Source of the DNA: Piromyces finnis finn
Lineage: Eukaryota > Fungi > Neocallimastigomycota
NCBI GenBank assembly: GCA_002104945.1
Contig: MCFH01000177.1
Location: forward strand, 1-21,137
Length of the DNA stretch: 21,137 bases
Direction of reading: 5' to 3'
Shown: in pieces, positions 1 to 9,175 of the stretch
Layout: each line of letters opens with the position of its first letter
Numbering within the stretch: the stretch's first letter is position 1
Notes under the pieces: model-generated
Seen by the model: the letters and a program-made list of their open reading frames with translations, nothing else
Told to the model about the DNA's origin: nothing
The model's database searches: none
Made by a program: the position numbers and the translations under genes

Positions 1-3000
1 TTAATAAAAATAATATACAGATCTTTTTAATATTTTCCTTGGTTTAGCTTTATTTTATTTATTCTTTATATTATGTAAGAATTTAATACTATATCTATCA
101 CTTTTTCATTTACGACAATCATTAATATTATATATAACACATAATACTTATTTATATAGGTTTCTATATTCAGTCAAATGGAAGGTTATATTTTAAATTA
201 TATATAGATATATCTAATTAATATGAATTGTTAATATTTTAACAATTTTTTTTTTCTTTAATAAAAAAAAAATAGAAAAAGTCTTTCAAAGAAACATTTA
301 TATGTATCTATTATAACTTTTATTATGAAATGAAAATATAATTATATAATAACATATATCTCATCACTATATCATATTTTGATAAAATAATATATAGATT
401 ATAATTCATTTTACCATATAATATTTAGGTAAATATATTAATATTTTTTTAAATTTATATATATTACAAAATTATTTATACATATAATGTACATTATGAT
501 AGATATTCGTTATCAATTGGTAAATTGGTATATTTTACATTCTTAAGTATTTAAAGTATTTTTTTCTAATTGTAAATTTTCAATGAAAATATATATAATA
601 GTATTCAGTTTCTTCACAAATGTTATATATGTATGTAAACATTCATATTTCTTGGAGGGTATTCATGAATGTTCAAGCCAAAAAAATGATATATTGTAAT
701 ATATTTATATATAATATGGATATAAAACAAAAACAAAATAACTTAAATATAGTATTGTTATTTTAATAACAATGATATTAACAACTATATATATATTAAT
801 GATATATGAGTATTTCTTACATATGGAAATATTTTTGCAATTATATTTTATAATTATATGGTATTTTAAATATTCTAAATAAATATTAATAAAATTATCA
901 TTTTAATTATTACTCCTACTATTATTATTGTTGTTGCGACTATTAATTTGACGCATTTTTATAAAAATAAATAAAAATTTAGTACAATAACTTCTTCTTT
1001 AATACAAACTGTTTATCTGAAAGCAAATTATTTGGATCTATTCATAGAGCAAATAATAATAAATTAATGTTTACAAAGTTTTATTTGGTAATTATATATA
1101 AATATTTGCAGAATTAAAAACTTCTTACTAATATTATGCAACATTCTTCTATTAACAATAGGCAATGTATAATAATGTCTTTCCTAACTTTTTCAGAGCT
1201 AATTCAATTAATTTTGAAAAAATGCAAAGTATTTTTATATTGATTAATATGGTCATTTTTTTATACTTTGCTTATTCTCAATTAAAAACACAACCATATT
1301 ATTCAAGTACAGTTAATAATTACAGATTTGCAGTTTATTCTTCAATAGCTATATTTTCATTGTATTCTTTATTAACATGTTTAATTAATATTAATAAGAC
1401 CAAGTTTATCGCAGATACTTCCTTTATAATATTTGCAATTATTTTCGTCATCAGCTATAAATATAACGAGTATTACTATAAAAAATCTTTAAAGAGAATT
1501 TTCAAGAAATTCAATGAAAAGAAAATGGTTAGTGATTTAAGAAAAAGCACTTCCGTTGATGAATTAGATATGGACCAACTAAATTACAGAAAAAAGATGT
1601 TTATAAATCAATTGAAAGAATCAGTAATTAATTTATTTATGATTTAAAAATATTAATTCTTTATTCTATTGTTCATAAATATAACCTTATATTTTATTAT
1701 AAAAATAAATATATATTAGCAAATGAGGTTTTCATTAAAAAAGAAATTAAAGTGTTAATAGTTTCTATGAATGTGAGTTTTCTTGTAGATTCCTAAGGTA
1801 GGAAAAAACGATTCATTAAAAAATATTTATAATATAAAAATTTTTAAATATTAATATTTTATTATATAATATTTAATATATATTAATGATTACTACTAAC
1901 AGAAACAATAGAAATCTTGAAGCCTTTACATTAATGAGAAAAATATTTGATGAAGGGTATTATATTATTAATATATATTATCATGTCATTCAAAATAAAT
2001 TCTAATACAATAATTAATTGATATTTACAGAATGTTACAATTTAAGCATGAAGCCGATGTAAGTTATATATAATTGTTGCAAATATTTTTCATATTTAAT
2101 TAAATTATTAAAAACCAATGGTTATATTATGGCATGGTATTACATTCATTCCATGAAAATATTTTATAGAGATAATAATTTATTAAATATGAAAAAATAT
2201 TTGCAACAATTATATATACTTACATCGGCTTCATGCTTAAATTGTAACATTCTGTAAATATCAATTAATTATTGTATTAGAATTTATTTTGAATGACATG
2301 ATAATAATATATTAATAATATAATACCCTTCATCAAATATTTTTCTCATTAATGTAAAGGCTTCAAGATTTCTATTGTTTCTGTTAGTAGTAATCATTAA
2401 TATATATTTAAAATTATATAATAATAAATATTAATATTTAAAAATTTTTATATTATAAATATTTTTTAATGAATCGTTTTTTCCTACCTTAGGAATCTAC
2501 AAGAAACTCACATTCATAGAAACTATTAAACACTTTAATTTCTTTTTTAATGAAAACCTCATTTGCTAATATATATTTATTTTTATAATAAAATATAAGG
2601 TTATATTTATGAACAATAGAATAAAGAATTAATATATTTTAAATCATAAATAAATTAATTACTGATTCTTTTCAATTGATTTTTATAAACATCTTTTTTC
2701 TGTAATTTAGTTGGTCCATTATCTAATTCATCAACGGAAGTGCTTTTTCTTAAATCACTAACCATTTCTTTTCATTGAATTTCTTGAAAAATTCTCTTTA
2801 AAGATTTTTTATAGTAATACTCGTTATATTTATAGCTGATGACGAAAATAATTGCAAATATTATAAAGGAAGTATCTGCGATAAACTTGGTCTTATTAAT
2901 ATTAATTAAACATGTTAATAAAGAATACAATGAAAATATAGTATTGAAGAATAAACTGCAAATCTGTAATTATTAACTGTACTTGAATAATATGGTTGTG

Positions 3001-4302
3001 GTTTTTAATTGAGAATAAGCAAAGTATAAAAAATGACCATATTAATCAATATAAAAATACTTTGCATTTTTCAAAATTAATTGAATTAGCTCTGAAAAAG
3101 TTAGGAAAAGACATTATTATACATTGCCTATTGTTAATAGAAGAATGTTGCATAATATTAGTAAGAAGTTTTTAATTCTGCAAATATTTATTATAATTAC
3201 CAAATAAAACTTTGTAAACATTAATTTATTATTATTTGCTCTATGAATAGATCCAAATAATTTGCTTTCAGATAAACAGTTTGTATTAAAGAAGAAGTTA
3301 TTGTACTAAATTTTTATATTATTTTATTAAAAAAATGCGTCAAATTAATAGTCGCAACAACAATAATAATAGTAGGAGTAATAATTAAAATGATAATTTT
3401 ATTAATATTTATTTAGAATATTTATAAATACCATATAATTATAAAATATAATTGCAAAAATATTTCCATATGTAAGAAATACTCTATATATCATTAAATA
3501 TATATATAGTTGTTAATATCATTGTTATTAAAATAACAATACTATATTTAAGTTATTTTGTTTTTGTTTTTATATCCATATTATATATAAATATATTACA
3601 ATATATCATTTTTTTTGGCTTGAACATTCATGAATACCCTCCAAGAAATATGAATGTTTACATACATATATAACATTTGTGAAGAAACTGAATACTATTA
3701 TATATATATTTTCATTGAAAATTTACAATTAGATAAAAAATACTTTAAATACTTAAGAATGTAAAATATACCAATTTACCAATTGATAACGAATATCTAT
3801 CATAATGTACATTATATGTATAAATAATTTTGTTAATATATAATAAATTTAAAAAAAATATATAATATATTTACCTAAATATATATGGTAAATGAATTAT
3901 AAATCTATATATTATTTTATCAAAATATGATATAGTGATGAGATATATGTTATTATATATATTATATTTTCATTTCATAATAAAAGTTATAATAGATACA
4001 TATAAATGTTTCTTTGAAAGACTTTTTCTATTTTTTTTTATTAAAGAAAAAAAAAATTGTTAAAATATTAACAATTCATATTAATTAGATATATCTATAT
4101 ATAATTTAAAATATAACCTTCCATTTGACTGAATATAGAAACCTATATAAATAAGTATTATGTGTTATATATAATATTAATGATTGTCGTAAATGAAAAA
4201 GTGATAGATATAGTATTAAATTCTTACATAATATAAAGAATAAATAAAATAAAGCTAAACCAAGGAAAATATTAAAAAGATCTGTATATTATTTTTTATT
4301 AA
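1..4302. repeat. Large inverted repeat (palindrome): left arm 1-2110, spacer 2111-2172, right arm 2173-4302
   Basis: The window start ttaataaaaataatatacagatc is the reverse complement of gatctgtatattattttttattaa ending at 4302, apart from one T-run length difference. Complementarity continues inward, e.g. 2041 tttaagcatgaagccgatgtaag versus 2219-2241 cttacatcggcttcatgcttaaa. The innermost pair is taaattatta (2101-2110) with taataattta (2173-2182). Arm lengths are 2110 and 2130 nt. The differences I checked are 1-2 nt indels, mostly in homopolymers. Confidence 0.98.
21..2182 (+). CDS. Second (left-arm) copy of the same membrane-protein gene, internal exons only; contains ORF 1165-1647
   Basis: Exons include VFSFFTNVIYVCKHSYFLEGIHECSSQKNDI (~600-695) and NNFFFNTNCLSESKLFGSIHRANNNKLMFTKFYL (~985-1087). 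The large TM exon overlaps ORF 1165-1647, with a likely donor at 1624. Next come 1720-1797 (NEVFIKKEIK..ECEFSCRFLR), 1903-1956 (NNRNLEAFTLMRKIFDEG, preceded by tactaac-ag) and 2031-2058 (MLQFKHEAD, donor gtaagt). Finally 2123-2182 reads YIMAWYYIHSMKIFYRDNNL, inside the spacer. The ORF-track tail MFINQLKESVINLFMI is probably off-frame plus intron read-through. Confidence 0.7.
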
Positions 4303-4815
4303 TTATAGTGAATTATAAAAATGTTTTTTAAATTATTTATATAATCATTCTATTTTATTATACCATAAAAACACATTATTTGTAATATCTGGATTAAATA
4401 AGGCATATATATTTAAAACCCATTTTCTAATATTTGGAAATGATTTATTATTAATAATATATTGAAGATACTGTAAATCTATATATGAATATAAATAAAT
4501 ATAAATTTATTAAGAATTTTTTTATTTAATACTTGTTGTTATTTTAATTGCTCTTTTAATATATGTACCTTCAAAAACCATTAAAAATGGTATCAACCAA
4601 TCTACAGGAACATCGTGTGGAAGGGAATTAAAGAAGGGTGAAACTCTTCTCTATTTTATATATATATTTAATATATTTAATCTATATTATTTTTTTTCTA
4701 GACCATTGATATTTTATTATTTTTTCTTTTTCCAATTTTATATTTTTAAAAGACTTACTTCAAACCCATTATATTTTATTTTACTAGTGGTTTTAATTGA
4801 ATTATTATTATTCAT
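2173..4815 (-). CDS. 5' part of a multi-exon polytopic membrane protein (TmcB/TmcC-like, tentative); 3'-truncated at the fold-back and frameshifted by indels
   Basis: Spliced by hand. Exon 4815-4759 reads MNNNNSIKTTSKIKYNGFE (donor gtaagt). Exon 4650-4569 reads RRVSPFFNSLPHDVPVDWLIPFLMVFE (donor gtacat). Exon 4478-4364 reads DLQYLQYIINNKSFPNIRKWVLNIYALFNPDITNNVFL. Further hydrophobic exons follow inside the right repeat arm, mirroring the left-arm copy. The family call rests on recalled similarity (N-terminal TM bundle, EDLQ motif, then helical ECExxCRFL and IFDEGxxQF motifs); no database search was run. Confidence 0.7.
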
Positions 4816-5517
4816 TTTTACAAATTAATAATAATAATGAAATTATAATTTATATATATTTTTTATAAAGAGATTACTCAAAGTTATATATATATAAAAA
4901 AAACAATAAAAAGAATAATAAGATAAAATATATTCTTTAATTTTTTTAAAATAAAATTTTTAAAGTTAATTAGAGTATGAAGTTTATTTTTTTTAAAAAA
5001 AAAACCCTTAAAAACAAATTATTTAATTAAATCAATAAATAGATGAATTTTATTGCTTATTATTGATTACTGTTGTGTTAATACTAAAAAAAGGTAATAG
5101 GTAATATTAAAATTATTTATAAATTTCTTATTTAACATGAAGTCTTAAGTTTTAGACAAAAAACATATTTTTTTTTCCATTATTTTAACTTCAAAGTTTA
5201 AATTGTTTAACTTTATTTATAAAATTTATAACAATTCATCCTTTTAAATATTAATTTACATTAAAATGAAAAATGGAATCTAAATATTCTAACAATTAGC
5301 AATTATTAACATGTTCAATTTTTTAAAATTAATAAATTTTTCAATAGATATAAATAAAAAGAAATAGTAATTAAGAAATTTCTTAAAATATCTAAATTAA
5401 AAGAAATAAACTTAATTATATTTGTTATTACCATCATAGGAAAACAATTAAAATATTTATAAAATTTCAGTAACTTTAAGTTTAAAAGTATCCTATTTAT
5501 CAATTTATCTTTTAAAG

Positions 5518-5586
5518 AGATCTAGAAAAGGTGCGTATCTTTTTTTGGGATCAAGATCGGGCCTCATAGCACCTTTCTCTAGATCT
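5518..5586. other. Locally GC-enriched imperfect hairpin (17/18-nt arms)
   Basis: agatctagaaaaggtgc (5518-5534) pairs with gcacctttctctagatct (5569-5586) with one bulged base. The 34-nt interior contains gatc-aa-gatc. Function unknown. Confidence 0.75.
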
Positions 5587-5842
5587 AAGATATTTTAAAA
5601 ATAGAATGGAAAAAAAAATCATATTAATTATTATAAAATTAATATTTTTTTATTTTTCTTTTTGGTTTATTTCAATTTTTATTTATTTTTTTTTTATTTC
5701 TAATTATAATTATTTTTTTTACAAATGATATATAATTATTTTGGTATCTTATGGTTAGGTTAAATAAATTAATATTTTTATAATAAATTAGCTTTTTTTT
5801 TTTTAAAAAAAAATTATATTATTATTATTTGAGGATAATAAA

Positions 5843-7641
5843 CTATTCCCAAAGACTTGGGTTATTGTAATATTCATCAACTGGTTCACTGAACCAACGA
5901 CCATTTAAAACATTAGTAATTGCTAAAGTTTTTCCATTGTCAGAAACACTGATATCGTCTTCCATTCTACTAATAATTTCAGCAAAGGAAGTAGAGACAT
6001 TTTTACATTGAGCAGTAGCCTTACCATCAACAGCATCTAATACCATACTTAATGGTTGACTTGGAGTCCATGGTTTCCAATCAGAATTTCCCTTTTCATT
6101 TGGATTACCTCTTCTAAGGAAGTTCTTTAATTGTTTGTTAAATATGGCAGCCATATCTTGGTATTCAGAACTTTCGAAATCGTAAATATCAGAATAGGTA
6201 TTATCATTTGAAAGCATTGGAATGAATATACCATGGAAGGAACCAACAACTTCAATTGGATAACCACTGTTTTGAGCTCCGAAATCAACTTGACAAACAT
6301 AAATATCTGATTTATACTTGTTAAACATCTTTTCAGCACTACTTTGAGCGTTAAATATTCTGTACATATCAGAACCATAGGTACAAGCAAAGTCCTTAGC
6401 TGGTTGAAGGTCAGTTCCTAAAGCAAAAGCACTTGGAGTGTACCAAATACCAGAACCAAGGTTAAAGAAACTAAATTCAGTACTACCAGTTAACATAAGT
6501 ACTGGAACATCATTCCATTTAGAAGTTGAAAATCCTTCTTCTGGAATAACAACACCATCATTAAATAAGTGTGGAAAAACACTCATACGAATACCAGCGT
6601 TACCCATAAGAGCACATAATCTTTCAGAACTAACACTGTATAACCATTCTTTAACATCCATACCATCAGTCATTAACCAAGTTTTAGCTTCTTCTTCGGT
6701 TGCTGCCATGTTATCTTCAACAGCTAATGGAGCAACAGCAGAAGCGGTTCTCTTAATACTATCATTAACATCAGCAATAGTCATACCACCAGAGAAGACA
6801 ATAGCTTTATGGAATTTTTTAGCGAAAAGTGGACTAATTAACATAGCCATAACATCTCTACCACCAGCTGAAAAACCGGATATAGTAATGTTGTTTGGAT
6901 CACCACCAAATTCTTTAACATTATTCTTAATCCAATCTAAAGCTTTAGCCATATCGAGTAAAGCATAATTACCAGTAGATCCAGCTTCAGTATGGAGAGC
7001 AGGTAAAATATTAAAACCAAAAATACCTAAACGATAATTTATACTAATGTAAATAACATTATTTCTAATGACAATGTCATTTCCTTTTAATTCCTTAGAT
7101 TCACCAGTTTGATTGTTACCACCATGAATATAAACCATAACAGGTAACTTTTTGGCATTTTTAGGAGCATAAATATCTAAATTTAAACAATCTTCTGTAC
7201 CAATGATATTATCAGAATCCATTTGTAATGCAACTTCACCTGGAACAGTACAATCAAGAATATTATTCCATGGTTGTGGATCTACTGGAGCAGCCCAACG
7301 AAGATTTCCAGTTGGTTCTTCAGCATATGGGATATTATACCAAACTAAAACATCACCATCATCAGTAATTTTCTTTGTACCTTCAACTGAACCAAATTTT
7401 GTATTACGAATAAGTTCATTATTACTATTATGAATAAAAAAATAATTTTTTTTTTAATTTTATGGTTAAATTTAAAAGTTTATAAAATATACAATCCATA
7501 ATATATTAATATAAGAAAACAAGAATGAAAAAGAACTTACAATTGCTTTCTTTTTCCGAATTTTCTAACTTCTCTGGAATTGGAAAAGTCAATAAAGAAA
7601 AACGAAAATAACAGAAATGAAACTAAACTAAGAATTTTCAT
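5843..7641 (-). CDS. Secreted type-B carboxylesterase (COesterase / PnbA-like alpha/beta hydrolase), 2 exons: 7641-7541 and 7424-5843, 560 aa
   Basis: The 459-aa ORF extends upstream in frame for 67 codons (NNELIRNTKFGSVEG...IPYAEEPTGNLRWAAP...) to an AG acceptor at 7426-7425. A 116-nt intron with a gtaagt donor at 7540 joins exon 1, MKILSLVSFLLFSFFFIDFSNSREVRKFGKRKQ (signal-peptide-like). Family motifs: EDCLNLDIY, VMVYIHGG, NYRLGIFG, GNYALLD, GGDPNNITISGFSAGG (nucleophile Ser codon 6869-6871), putative Glu in GSTEF and His in GSFHG. Confidence 0.95.
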
Positions 7642-8242
7642 TTTCTTCTATTTTTAATTCTATTATTATTATTATTTTAATATAAAGTTGATTTTGATTA
7701 TTATTATTATTGTTGAATTTTAAAAAAAAAAAAAAGATAAACAACTATATTTATATAATTTTACAATTTTACCAATTTTTATAATTTATGATTTTATTTT
7801 AATTATTATTTTATTATCCTATTTAATATTGAATAAATTATTTTTTTAATTTTTTTATTAATTGGATATTTAAATGATTTTTTCTTTCTTTCTTTTTTTT
7901 TTTTATTATTATTTTATTCTATAAATATTCAAAAATTCATATTCACAAATAAAAATTTAAACTAACCAGTAATAATTCTAATTTAATTATAATTAATAAT
8001 ACTAATAAAATTAAAAATATCAAATATATTAATGAATTATTTTGAAAAATTTCTCATAAATTTGATAATATAAATGATAATTAGATTCATATAAAAACTT
8101 TTAAGTTGAAAGAAATAAAATATAAAATATTTCATAGTAGGAAGACCTTTTTATCTATTTTCATTCATTGAATTATATATAGATTATTTATACCCTTATA
8201 TATATATACTTTTTTTTTTCGTTTTATTTATTATTATTTTAT

Positions 8243-8247
<5 letters not shown>

Positions 8248-8274
<27 letters not shown>
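8248..8274. repeat. (TTA)9 microsatellite within an A/T homopolymer-rich intergenic region
   Basis: Read directly from the sequence. Many long poly-A/poly-T tracts also occur, e.g. T31 at 18584-18614. Confidence 0.9.
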
Positions 8275-8276
<2 letters not shown>

Positions 8277-9175
8277 TTTTTTTTTTTGGAAATATTGACT
8301 TTTTCATCAATAATATTACTTAAATTATATAAAAATTTAAAAAAAAAAAAAAAAATCTTGGTCAGATAAAATTAGAAAAGAATTTCTCAGTCCTGAAACC
8401 AAAACTTAATATAGTTTAAACTTTTTATTTTATTATTATACATATATATATATTGAATAGATATTGTATGTGTTAAAAGTATGCTAAAAAATAATAAAAT
8501 ATAATAATTAATGCTTCAATGTAGAAAAAGTAATATAAATTATATATTACTTTAATATATTTATATATTTTTTCTTTTCGTTTTGATACTTTTCATTTTG
8601 TTAAATTATAAATTTTTTCTTTTATATTTATTTATATTTTTTTTTTTTTTTTTTTTTATTTATAACATAAATAATTTTAAATAAAAATGATGATAAATTA
8701 AATATTTTAAATATTTATAAATAGTGAGAATAAATTAAATGAATATTAATAACTCTTTTTTTTCAAAAAAAAAAAAAAAAAAAGAAAACCTATTTTATAC
8801 TTAATTTATTGTTGGATATATTATACTAAATATTTCTATTAAATAAATAATTTAAATATTCAATAACAATAATAATTATTGAATCATAAATAATAGATTA
8901 TATATATTATATAATGTTGTTTTATAGATATCAAATCTACCTCTAAATAAACAAACTGTCTATTTTATAAAATTAGAATTTATGATAAATAAATTATTTA
9001 TCTATCCTTAAACTTTCATTAATATTCCTTCTTTTTTTTTCTACTTTTCAGCGTTAATAATCTCTTTGTAATTTATTTTTTTAAAGGTTTCTTTTTTTTT
9101 TTTTTTCGAAAAAAAAAAAAGTAGTTATGTAGTTATACAAAATAATTTTTATAACTCTTTTTATTCGTATTTACT

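Noticed and set aside
2111-2172. Palindrome spacer as a missed PacBio SMRTbell adapter or a hairpin telomere
   Set aside because: It does not resemble the adapter (no CAACAACAAC or GGAGGAGG runs) and translates as the next exon of the gene. It is asymmetric genomic sequence, not a dedicated end structure.
5315-5503. Short ORFs 5315-5503, 19556-19762 and 20929-21114
   Set aside because: I/L/F/K/N-rich translations expected by chance in AT-rich DNA. 19556-19762 is antisense to the copia relic.
5518-5586. Hairpin as a SECIS element, Helitron 3' end or 5S-like RNA
   Set aside because: The minus strand has ATGA...GA, but no upper helix can form because the 3' side is poly-A. CTAG is followed by A rather than the T expected at a Helitron end. 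Similarity to 5S is only a few bases.
6127-7433. ORFs 6127-6390 (-), 6438-6968 (+) and 7203-7433 (+)
   Set aside because: Alternative-frame or antisense shadows of the esterase exon, with no recognisable motifs.
8840-9000. AU-rich elements downstream of the CCCH stop (autoregulation)
   Set aside because: TTATTTAT-type matches exist on the minus strand but are expected by chance at this AT content, and the UTR end is unknown.
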